Below the pieces are notes generated by a model. The model was not told the DNA's origin. It worked only from the letters and a program-made list of their open reading frames with translations, and searched no databases. Below, one piece after another: positions 38,006-50,546 of a stretch of DNA of 64,000 bases. Position numbers and translations under genes: made by a program. How positions within the stretch are numbered: position 1 is the stretch's first letter; each line of letters begins with the position of its first letter. The DNA is from Adineta vaga (taxonomy: Eukaryota > Animalia > Rotifera): assembly GCA_021613535.1 (NCBI GenBank), contig CP075495.1, positions 16,182,001 through 16,246,000 on the forward strand, written 5' to 3'.

Positions 38006-41000
38006 ATGAAATATAGTAAAACCCCTGCAAGCGAAGAGCAAGCAGATTTCACTCCGAAACAAATCAAAGGCGAAGATCGACTAGGCACAAAGTAAATACA
38101 CTATTTACATATTTCAACAATCATTGAAAATATTTTCATGATTTAGATCAGTATGGTCGACCATATTCTCACATAATAAAATCAAAGTTATCATCACAGG
38201 CTTGATATTGATGTTTATTGTGAGTGGTGTACTGATACTTTTTGCTTCGTCACAATCACAATGGATTAAAAAAACATCATCTAAAAATGATCAAGGTAAG
38301 ATTAGAAATCTTTTTTCCTCATAAGTAATAACCCAATTCAATAAAAAGAATATCAACTTCTTCATCAATATATTTTCATAGGTGATGTACTCCCTCAACT
38401 ACGATCATATTCAACAAGACATGAAGTAAACAATTCATATGTTTATTATTTATCATCTTATAATCATTTTATATAGAAACATCGATCACCAGATACTCTT
38501 GGTCATATGAATGTTTACATCAACAAACATAATCATCGATCAAATCAACGAGTTCGCTTTCCTGTAGCTCGATATAATGATCGTCGTCACTTTCGTTTGT
38601 TTTCTTTTCACTCCTTTTCTCTTTCCTATAAGCAACTTTTATTTTTTAGCATTACGAGGTCCATTTCTTAATTTTATGCCATGGGTGCCAATATTTGCTG
38701 ATCGATTAACAAAACAAACAATTATTTATTCACCAACAGGAGGTAAGTATTCTTGTTTATTACTTAAATTATTTAACAATTCATTTATTATTTTGTTTAG
38801 TTTATATTCTTCCACCATTGGTCAATTCATATGGTCAACTATTTTCAGTTGCACAACTTATTGCTTCAGGTTATGCTAGTTTAGTTAGTAGTGGATCATC
38901 ACTCAATGGAAATATTGATATACTTCGTTATTTTCAATCACAACCTTGTATGTTTTCTTTTCTCTCTTCATCCACTGATTGATATGTTGTTTATGATAGT
39001 GTTGGGTCCAGGTATTCCAGTGATTAACCCTTTGACAGGTGGCTTTACTGGTGGCATTCATGGTAATTTTGGTTCATTTCCAAAAGCTAGACGCTATGAA
39101 GGACGATCAAAGATGGATTATTCACGTGAAAATGAAAATGAAGATGATGATGATGATTATCGTGGTCATGAACAACAAGAAAGTGAAGAATATAAAGATC
39201 GACCTGAATACAATTCATATCGAAACAATAGAAAACCATACAACACAAACAAATATACAAGTAAGACATACATACCACCTAGTCATTTGTTCTGACCTAT
39301 TTCATATTTCTATTCTTTCAATTGACACTGATTGACTTTATTTTGTTATAGGAAAAACAATACCATCGACAACCAAATCATCAACAACACTACCACCACC
39401 TCAATCATATTTAACCAAATGTGAACCAGAAAAGAAATCTCGTAAGTCAATTTGTTTCTTTACATATGAGATATCACAATTCTCATCATTCATAAAATTG
39501 ATCAAAATAATTCATTTACTTTTTTCCATTAATCATGGTGATGATAAAGTTAATTTTCTTTGGATTTGATATGGATAGACTTATATAATTGTATTTTTGT
39601 TTTCATCTTTAGTAACAAATGATCATAACGGACGAGCATTCAAAAAACACCATCTTCGTAGAAAAATGAGAACGATATCGAACTCAAAGAAATCTAATAC
39701 TCCTGGGCTTCTCAAGGGTGCTTATGTCATTCAATATCCAACTAACACTCCTGTCAAACAATGTTTTCAGTCAGTAACTAATTCTTTACAAAAAACACAC
39801 AGAATTAGTAAATCATCAGTTGGACTACGTACTGAAATCAAATCATCATTATTTACTGGCATTTCTATTCAAGTAGACGATAAAGATGCTATTGATGCAT
39901 TAGAAATGATTGAAGATGCTGTTGACGTTTTTCCTGTTACCATTATTAAACGTCCACGTCCTAAGAAGAAGTCTGCATTTGTTGATACATTAACAGAAGA
40001 ACAACTTAAAACATTGGTTCCTCATGATTTAACTGGTGTTGATGATATTCACAAACGATTCAAGAATTTTGGTGAGGGTGTTAAAGTGAGTATTTATCTT
40101 TTTTTGCTCTATTTTCTGGCATCCAACTGAGCTACACAAAATGATTTATTTTGTTTTATTGTAGATAGGTATTATTGATAGTGGTATTGATTATACACAT
40201 CCAGCACTTGGAGGTTGTTTTGGAGAAGATTGCAAAGTGGCATATGGCTATGGTAAGTGATTGAATTTGATTATTTATCGACATACTTAATATAGAGTAA
40301 CGGATTGTGTAGATTTGGTTGGTGATGCTTATAATGGTAGTAACACACCAGTAGAAGATGACGATCCTTTGGATAACTGTTCTGATGGTGCTCATGGTAT
40401 ATTTTCTCTTACATATTTCTCTTATTTAGTCTCATAATATATAATATATAGGAACACATGTTGCTGGTATTATTGGTGCAAATACGACTGGAATCGATGA
40501 TCCACTTTATACTCCAGCTGAGCATTTTATAGGTGTTGCTCCTCGAGCAAAACTTGGAGCATGTGAGTAATGTTTACTCTATATCCAATAGAATATTTAT
40601 ATTATTTTGTATCTATTTAAAAGATCGAATATTTGGATGTGAAGGTTATGTAACAAGTGGTAAGTATGAATAGTTATATATTGTTACTATTGAATCTGTT
40701 TATGTAATATAATTTGCAAATATATTTATTTCTAGATGTGGAGGCTAAAGCAATCTTTCGTGCTCAAGCTGATGGTATGGATATAAGTGAGTATTTTTGA
40801 TTATGTCTTCTATTCTTCTCTTTCAAATCTTAATATCAGAAACAAGACTGTCGAGGTAATATATCTTTAAGACAGTGACATTAATTAATATATCGTGCAA
40901 ATCTGTATTTAAATTTAGTCCTTCCTTTGAGATTATCCATTTTTCATTCAAGTAGAAAATCATATCAATCGAATATCTGATGATGAAAAAATATATGAAT

Positions 41001-44000
41001 GATTTGTGTAAAATAAATTCTGATGTCGTTATAGCATAACTTAGAGGAATAGTATTGTCTTCTATTCCACGAAATGAGTTATATAAATGATAAGCTGATC
41101 CAGAAGTTTTTCTTTCTGCTCAGAAATTGTGATGACTTTTTAGTTCAGGATCGAAAGTCTGAAATAAGTGTTGCTCTAAATATGAGTTAAATAAAGTAAA
41201 TGAATTTTTAACTGATTTAATCAGTGTAGTATTTAAACAAAAATTCTGACTTCTCTATGAAATCGCTCAGTTCTCTGCAAAAATTTCATACTGATTAATT
41301 TTTAACATAATTATTATGTATTTAGTAATAATATCAGTCGGAGGTAATGAGGCTTATCCAGGTGGTGTTGATGCAGTAGCTGTTCAATTAGTATCAGGAG
41401 CAGGAGGTGAGTTTTCGTTCTGTTATTCAGTTATATAATCTAACATTCATCGTAGTTTATATCACAATCTTGGCTGGGGACGAAGGAAATGAGGGTTTGT
41501 ATAGTACTAATAGTCTTGCAATTGTACCAGGTGCTATGGCCATTGGTTCGATCGATAATAAATATACAGCAGCATCTGTGATTATCACACCGGATGGTGA
41601 ACAAATTGGTTATTTACCTGGACATTATGGTGGATGGACATCGAATGTCACCGCAAGAATTGTTGTCCATGGTTAGCTATAACAATGTACATTATTTATA
41701 TTCTGACTTTAAGTTTTTCTTTAGATCCAAATCGAGGACTAAATGATGGTTGTAATGGTATAAATAACCCAACTGCAGTCATAGGTGCTGTGGTTCTATT
41801 TTCTTTCAAATCTCAGGATACATGTGGCTCTGCTTTTCGATGTAATGCGGCAGCAGCAGCTGAGGCAATAGGCTGTCTGGTTTATAATGTTGGTCCTATT
41901 TCAGGTCGTATTTCATCCATTCTTTTCTTTTGTTAATTAATTATTTTATTGTAGGTTCAGATGTGATTCCAAGTGGAAGTATCAGTTTAACCGATGGTTT
42001 AAGCATTGTTGCAACTGTAGCTGAGAATAGTGATGCTCTTTATGCTTTCACGGACATGTCTACTGTGATTTCGGTGGTAAGAATATTGAATAAAAAGTTA
42101 TAGAAAATGTTTCTCTTTCATGATAGAAACATATGAGAAACAACAAGTAGCGTAGATAAATCGAAAAATGATGAAGTATATTAAAGACTTATTCTCTGTG
42201 AATACATCTGTTTTGGGTATATTTCAGTTTTACTAGTACCTACAAAAGAAGTATGCAAAACTTAACCTGATATTTCGTGGATATGAACATGCCCATCGAC
42301 GTGCACGTATCCAAGATTGGTTTCAAGCTGAGAATTAAGTTTGACTTTTGTCAAAAGAGATAGACACATGACATCATCTAGAATGCTAACTCGTTAGGCA
42401 TTTTTAATCTCGTATATTGAATTCAAGGTCAACTATAGAAGGTTGAATTGCTTAAATTAGGAATAAATATAATTCTTGAACTTACATATAGAATCGCATC
42501 GTTTATGTTTGATGCTCATCTAACTATGCAAGTGTAGTTGAGAAAGAAAGACAAATTAGAAATTATATAGACAAACATATAATAATTAGAATTTTCAGCT
42601 TTCCTTACTTCTTTTTTGTAGTTAAATTGATTCAAATGACACTAAAATAATCATCTGACGTTAGATAGTTGACTTGTATATCAAAGCCATTAACAACTGC
42701 TAATCTTTGAATAAATCTGTCAGCTATTAATTATAAATATTCTCCAGTCAAGGAAATTCTGATAATGTGAACTTGCAAACATTTGTTTCTCTGTATGTTT
42801 AGGACACAGCTTTAACACCTTCTTTCTCTACATCACTTGGTCCTACTGGTGATTTAAATTTCTATCCAGGTATAAGTGCCATCGGTGGATATGTGTACTC
42901 AACAGTTTCTTCCTATGTTGCTACGATGAGCAAACTGTCAGCAGCATATAATACAGTTTCTGGTACAAGTATGGCTAGTCCTTATATGGCTGGGTAAGTC
43001 TCATTATGTATGTTAATAGAAAATTTCCATCAAATAATCAATCACATACTGATAATAGTTGGATTTTAATTACTAAAATGATCATAAACAATTATTTTGA
43101 TTTTTGATTCATTTAGATTTCGATAATTAATATAACTTGTTTTTTGTTTCTACTTGAAGAATATTAGCACTATTCTTATCCAACATTGATAATCCTCCTC
43201 CATACACAGTTAACGGTACTGCATCAAATGGTAAATGTCGTCCGAAGTTCTCTCTTGTCAAAGATATATTTCAATCAACTGCTCATATGGTCAATATATA
43301 CAATTCTTCACTTCTTGCTAGTGCTATTCAACAAGGAGCTGGACTAGTACAAGCTAACAAAGGTATCACTACTACAACTCTCGTCTCTCCAAGTACACTC
43401 TCACTAAATGATACAGTGAGAAAACACTCATCATACAAAGTTACCGTAACAAATATTGGAAATACAAAAGCTATGTATAAAGTGAATCATGTTGGAGCAG
43501 CACTTGCTACCGGATTAGCAGTATCAGGTATCGAAACACTTCTTGTTGAAACCATCTATTCTGAAGATTTCGCTGTAAGTTGCAAATTAGCAATTCATCT
43601 AAATTAACCAGAGAATCCAGGAAATAAACGATAAAGATGAATTTTGGATAGTAAAAGAAAGGGAAATATATTCGTTTATTTACTAATTTTAAAGATACTT
43701 TTCTTATATATTTTACTCATATAAAATCTTTTTGTTATTGTAACATATTCCAGAAAGTAATTATTTACCCATCTAAATTTGAACTTCAACCTGGAGATAC
43801 ACAAAAAATAACACTTGGATTCCATGAACCTTCGAAAGCTGATCGAAATCTTCTTCCAGTATATTCTGGTTATATTAATGTTCAAAACACAAACGATAAT
43901 GAAACGACTCATGTTTCATGTAAATCCTTTAGCTTGATCATTTGATTTCAATATTACTTTATCTTTATCTTTATTTGATTTGTGTTGAATAGATGCTGGT

Positions 44001-45097
44001 ATAGTAGGTGATTATAGTAAACTACCGATTACTTTTCAAAATTCGGCTGACGGATATATCACAGGAATCCAAGATGTGAATGGAACTTATGTGACTGATG
44101 AACCAATTTCAACATTAAATTGTACTGAAAGGTGTTTTATCATTGTGGTACTGGCATATCCAACACGACTTCTTAAAGTAGAAGCTATTTCAACAGCAGA
44201 TGATACAAAGTAACACTCATTTGGCTGTTAACTCTTTTAGTTATTCCCAAAGATAGGAAGTTTTTCTTAGTACACTTTCACTTTTTCGAAAGTAATTGTT
44301 CTTCATTACTCCTAGAGTTTCTCAACTACTTATTCTCATCAGAAAAAAATATAGTTATAAACTTTCAGGAGTCCTATGAATAGTTGCTGAATCTCTTTAT
44401 TAACAAATAATAAATTAGTTGCATTTTCTAAAGAATAAATAAACTTTAGTAGTTATAAATTTGATTAATTTAATACTGACTATTGATGATCAGCTGATTT
44501 CATTAGAAATAGAATAGGAAAATGTGAAAAAGTGATGAGAATATTTCCATTATTCATTGATACTCTTCCCTAGATCTCTTCGATAATTAGAATAGAGTGA
44601 CGTACTTGCAAGAGAAAAAAAGTCACATTCTTCAACATTCAAATGGCCCCAAATTATTGAGAGCAGCTTAAAATAAACACAGATGTCCGAATAAATTTTC
44701 TGCTCACTCTCTGCATCTAGAATTTGTTTTCGGTATATAAACTTGTATGTTTATAAATGGATGTAGTTCTCGAAAAATTATTTCTTTATTTTCCAGTCAT
44801 GGTGTGCTATATAGTGCGGAAGATTATTATTTCGACATACCTGGCGACCTAATCGGTTATCATTATGCTGAAGACTTGCCAAGAAATTTGCCAACTTCCT
44901 TCCCTTATTATGTAATGACCTGGTATGGTGAAACTGGTAAAATATCAATGACAGAAGAACAACCAGATGGTCCAGTTACTAAACTTCCTGACGATCAATA
45001 CAGGATTCAGTTTTCAGTCCTTCAACATTTTGGTGATCCAGCAAATCCAAGTGACTATGCGGTTTATCACTCACCACCGTTCAATCTTGTTCAGTAA
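38006..45097 (+). CDS. Membrane-anchored subtilisin-like S8 protease (fungal/bacterial type with PA and Fn3-like domains), many exons
   Basis: IDSGIDYTHPALGGCFGEDCKVAYGY|DLVGD, H|GTHVAGIIGA, SGTSMASPYMAG, QQGAGLVQ, LSLNDT; N-terminal TM exon ~38148-38295 and linker exons join in phase. Confidence 0.85.
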
Positions 45098-45334
45098 CTA
45101 AACATAAACATTAATCATTACTTCATTTCTTTTAAGATTTCTTTTCGTAACGACTCTTTCATCTTTCGTCCTTTTCTATTTATTATTGATATAATCATGG
45201 AATTCAACTAATCATACAGAAATAAAACAAAAAAGTTTGATCGTATCGAAGTTGTGAATATAACGGGTGCGTCAGAATAGATGGCGGTCTCAGTATTTTC
45301 TTTACTGACATCTCGCTCATTTCTCTCCCGAGTA

Positions 45335-47507
45335 CACTGTAAAAAAAAAGGAGTTTTGCCGAACCATAAAAGGATCTTCCCCTCGATACACGGTCCGATC
45401 CTTTTTTGGATTCGTAATACAATAGTTCCGAGTAGAACCTTTCTCGGAAAATAGCGATCAAAGGTTCAGTAGCAAAAGGTTCCGTCCGGAACCATTTAAT
45501 TAACCAATAATAAAAGGTTTCGTACGAAACCAATTAATAAATAAATCGCTGAAAGGTTCCGTTATCGCTCATAGCAACGAAACTAATCATCTAACAAAAA
45601 AAATTTTGAGAGCACATCTCTCGAACACTCCTTTCGGACTATTAATAGACGGACCGCCGGTTGATAGGTCGACGGTAGGTGGACGAGATGAATGACCCTA
45701 CCAGATGAACTAGTAAAAAACATAAAAATGAAAAATGTAGAAATATTTTCAAGGTCTCACCTGACGGACTATTGATAGATTGACGGCGGACGAGATGAAT
45801 GATCATAGCTGACGAACTATTGAAAAATATAAAAATGAAATGGAAATGAAAAATGCATGGATATTTATAAGCTCTCACCTGACGGACTATTTATAGGTCT
45901 ACGTCCGGCTCTATCAATAGTCTTATATTTGAATTGTATTGTGAGATGCTTTGAGGAATATTCAACAGTGCTTTCAACACTTTTAATAGCTCGTCTCGTG
46001 CCTGCCAGAGTGGCGTCTAGAATCAAGTATATCAGCGTGGTCATAGCTATTGGTGGCTCAGTGTAGGTTATACGGAACTATCTGCACTGTTGTGATGTAT
46101 ACCAAATTATATGTCGTTGCCCGTTAGCTTTGCCAAACTATTACCGATTAATGGCGACCGCTAGTCGTTTGAAAAAAGATTGCCCAGAGCTATACGGGAT
46201 GACACCAAACTATTGTCGGTTCAGTAGGAGAGAAACAGAACCTTCTTTATAATCGCTGGGTTGCTGATAGTTTCGTATAAAATATCCTGGACCACTGTGA
46301 AACACAGTCAAGCGTCTTTGGTTTCGTGCACAACATTCAGAACTATCAGGAGTTGGGTGCCGAACTTCTGACGAGTTGCAGGTACTCCGGAGGATTGGTA
46401 TGTGTTTTACGAAATTGTGAACCGTCTGATACGAAGCCTACCAAACCTGCAAAGGTTTGGTGGAAATATTAATTAACTCTCAAGGACATATCAATATATG
46501 ATTAGTTTTGTGTAACTAGTACTAAACCTTCAGTCTTTGCACTGAATCCTATGGGGTTGGATGGGAAATGCTCTAAACTTTCCTAAAAGTGACGAAACCA
46601 TCGATGTTCGGTATGAAACTATCGGAACCTTCATATAGTATAGAAAATATACTAAACGTATTGTTTGACTATGAAATGGTTAATAGTTCCGTGAACACGT
46701 GACAGAACTATGTATGGTTCTGTATAAATTGTGCTTTACCTTTATGTCTTTGTACGAAACTATCGCTCGTTTTGTCTTGATAAGCGAAACCTTTATGTGA
46801 ATAATTGGCTGATGAAAAGTTTCGCATGAAGCATACTGGACCTTCATAAACGTAAATAAACTGTTCCTGGTTCAGTAGATAATAGACAGAACCATCGCTA
46901 GTTTGGTCATGAATTTACTAAACTTTTGAGAAATTTCGAAGCTTTTAAAGATTCGTCCAAGTTATACGAAACTAAGAGCCGATCGGCATCGATTTTACCG
47001 AACCTTTAAATGATATACTAAACCGTGAATGGTTTCGGATAGATTCTACTGAGCTTTGAAGGATTTGCAAACTTTGCATTGGTTTCGAGTAACTGGCGCC
47101 AAACCTTTAGTACATATGCGTAACCATGTCTCGTTCAGATAAAAATATTCTGAACTTTTCGAAAAGTGCCGAACCTTCGATGGTACAGTACGAAATATAC
47201 TGAACCAGCAAGTGGGCTAAGAAACCAGGAATAGTTTCGTAGAAAATAGACTAAACCTTTCTTCAAAGTGCGAAACCGATGATAGTTCTGTGGACATGTT
47301 ACTGAACTATCAATGGTTTAACGAGCCACATAAAAAACCTTCAGATAGTTTTTTTCGAGAACCACCGAACCTTCTCGGTTCTGCTGAACTTAAAATAGTT
47401 AAGTAGATCAAGCACGAAACCTTTTCCATTTTTCTGAACTTAAAATCGATCGGTGACAGCACAGGAAACCTTTTAGGTTCGGTAAAACACCAATTTTTTT
47501 TACAGTG
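45335..47507. mobile_element. Non-autonomous CACTG (EnSpm/CMC-type) element filled with GAACC/GGTTC inverted motifs
   Basis: TIR CACTGTAAAAAAAA..GG.GTTTT.CCGAACC at both ends; TA TSD; no convincing ORF. Confidence 0.85.
45637..45923. repeat. Nested small element with ~120-bp internal repeats
   Basis: GACTATT(A/G)ATAGA ends in inverted orientation; CTCACCTGACGGACTATT at ~45756 and ~45874. Confidence 0.55.
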
Positions 47508-47509
47508 TA

Positions 47510-48720
47510 TAAAAACACGTATTAATGAGCACTTGGTAGATCAAAGAAAATATGTACCTTTAACTGTCAAAATACCAGAAATAACATTAAATTTAGATCA
47601 ATTACAAATTACAACACATTCTACTGATAATGCTAATGTAAATGTAATACCAAACAAACCTGTGATTCAAAATGTTTCCGATCAGAGGACACTATTACAG
47701 AAGCTACCCGCTTTATCCATTAAAACCAAAAAAAAGAACAGTAAATTTGATAAAAATAAAGTACAAAAGAAGGTTAATAAAAAAAATCAAAAGTTAAAAA
47801 AATCGCAAACATCCTTCAAAAGGCTGACCTTGATGAAGTACTTGAAAATACTGTTCAACATCAACCAAATAAAAATAAATTCACCAATCAATCAGCATTA
47901 AGCAAACATTATATTTCAACTGGACATCTGTTCAAATATGATGATTTTAAAATAGTGTTATCGGAAAAACATAAATACAAGTTGTTAATAAAAGAATCTT
48001 TACTGATAAAACAGAAGAATCCAGAATTAAATAAAACTGTTCGTTCATTTCCATTATACATTTATCCCGACGGACCACCACCAAAGAACAGACCAAATAT
48101 CAACCCAGTTCCTCCAACTACAATAACTACTAACCAAATACAAAGTAACGAAGCTACTTTCTAGATTAGATGATGTACACTAGTTCTGTTTTAGATCACC
48201 CACCAACTATCAACCTATACCCTATCAACTCATAACCTATCCATATTATCATCCAAAACAGCCTGCAAAGTAAAGATCCATCCCTTCATTTCATATCCTA
48301 CAGAAACTACTATTAGAGATAAACCCCAGCAAATATAACCCACAATCTACATATCACCACAAAACAACAACTTTGCGTACTCCAACTATACTTATCCAAT
48401 ACTTCACATACCACATTCCATTATCAACTAAAAACAACAAAATCCTTCGCATTAAATCCACAATAGCAAATAAACCACTCAACATTCAAACATTCAGTTA
48501 GCTCCTCTCAATCAACCCTAATTATTCTATCAATCATTTAATACATTAAACTATGTTTTCCTCATTATATTCTTACTCACTTCTATTACATTATTATTTC
48601 ATTATTAAACTCTGTCCATTCTTCATTAGCTTATATAGTCATTATCATTAACATATTAACATATTTGGTTGAAAATGATCGAAAGAAGATCGAAAATTTT
48701 CGAAAGCAAATAAAATTTTG
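47510..48720 (+). mobile_element. Penelope-like element 3' remnant: GIY-YIG endonuclease C-terminus, 3' UTR, hammerhead-like motif
   Basis: IKTRINEH ... SALSKHYISTGHLFKYDDFKIVLSEKHKYKLLIKESLLIKQKNPELNKTVRSFPL (frameshifted); TTGAAAA-T-GATC-loop-GATC-GAAA at 48669-48695; AATAAA at ~48709. Confidence 0.75.
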
Positions 48721-50546
48721 TTTTGAATTCATTATCTACTATTTCTTCATTATTATCATTATATATTATAAATTGTTAAAAAATTTCTCATGTTCATCTA
48801 TTTATCATGACATAAATGATCCTAATGTTCATATATAAATGAATCGTGAATATGGTAAAAATTGAATATCTCCTTCTAGAGTCGCCAAGGGCAGCTAATA
48901 TTTTAACCTTATTATATTGGCGGTGAGAGCTTTCTTTTGATGTAAGAATATCTAGTCTTTTCGCCCAACAATACACACACTTCCATTGTCAGAAATAATT
49001 GCATGGATAAAAAGTTATAAAATCCATTTTTTGACAAAATCTGAGGGATACCAGGGGTATTTTGTTCGATGTTCAAACCGGCAAAAACCGTCGCAGACCG
49101 ACCGCTTGAATCATTCCAGCTGGTCCGTTCCGGCACCGATTACAACTCTGAGCAAAGAACTCATTCGATGTAAGCCATCCAACAAACCTAATGGCATTAT
49201 CAACTAAGACAAAAAACTACTCGACCAAGTCTAACAACCATTTTTCTTTCACATTTCGATGATATCTATATAACACTTAGACTACTTTCACTAGACTAAA
49301 CAAAATTTCTTCTAACATATTTCTTCTTTTCATTGAATATATTCAACATCTAGTGCCCTCTTTCTACTACTCTATACATTATCATCAAATACATAGTCAC
49401 TTTTTCTTTCTTCATCTAAGATCATATATCGATTTACCTCATTCAAACACCACCATCAAGCAACATCATTATATTCTTTTTTGTGTGATATCTATTGTTC
49501 TTTACTTACTATTAAGTTAGTTTGTAAAGATCTGTATGTATTATTATAATTCGTTTATGATTTTCGTAATCATTTAAAACAATTATAGCAGAGTCGAAGC
49601 CAACTGAGGATGACATTTCTTTACAATGGGGAAATCGTGAAATTCGTAACGATCTTGGCATCCGTGACTCGCACCCTCACCCTCACAATAACATGGGTAA
49701 GTGTGTGCGGAGGGTGTCGATGTGACTTCCTTAGTATGGGTCGTCTCAGGTGTGAGTGCAGGTGTCGGCGGTTTATTGTGCACTCATGCTCATAACCGTT
49801 TAAGACCGTTGGAGACGCTGTTTCCGACGGCTGGAATAATTGTCCTGCGAACAGTGATCATTTTGTTTTGGAAAGCTATGAGTTAAGCAAAAGGAATTTA
49901 GCCGCATCTTTGCAGGAAGTCGCCAGGTCAATTCTTTTTACCATTCACACACACAAAAATACTTCTGCCTTCCACAGTCGAGGGTTAAGTGAGCCGAAAC
50001 AGCGAACTTTAATTGTTTGTGTTAACAATGACGAGATTGGTGAGAGAGAACTACCATATTAAAGTAAAGAGAATTATATCAAAATAAATATAGAGATAAA
50101 AGCTCTAGCAAATTGCTGAATAAATACACAGGTAAAAAAAAGATGAAGACAGAAAGAAAATGAAGATAAATATAATGTCTTTTCAGTATATTAAATAGAG
50201 TATCTGTATGTTGCAAATTGTTTTATTAAATAGAATGATATGGTAATAAAAAGATAGATGAAAATTTGTTAACCTAAGAGATAATAGAATGATTAGAAAA
50301 AGAACAGTATAAGCAATAAGTTACATGATGTTTGCATTACATTTGCTCGACAATACAGATAAAATAATCATAAGATAGATAAAAGAGAAAGAGAAGATTA
50401 GAAAATTATATATAGTGCAATTAAAAACGAAATTGTAAGAAAAGATTTTATAAGGTAAGAGTAAAATAAAAAAACATGTTTTATGTTTTTTATATTAAAT
50501 TTTTACATATATTTGATTAATCTATTTCTGTTTTAGATATATCGCT

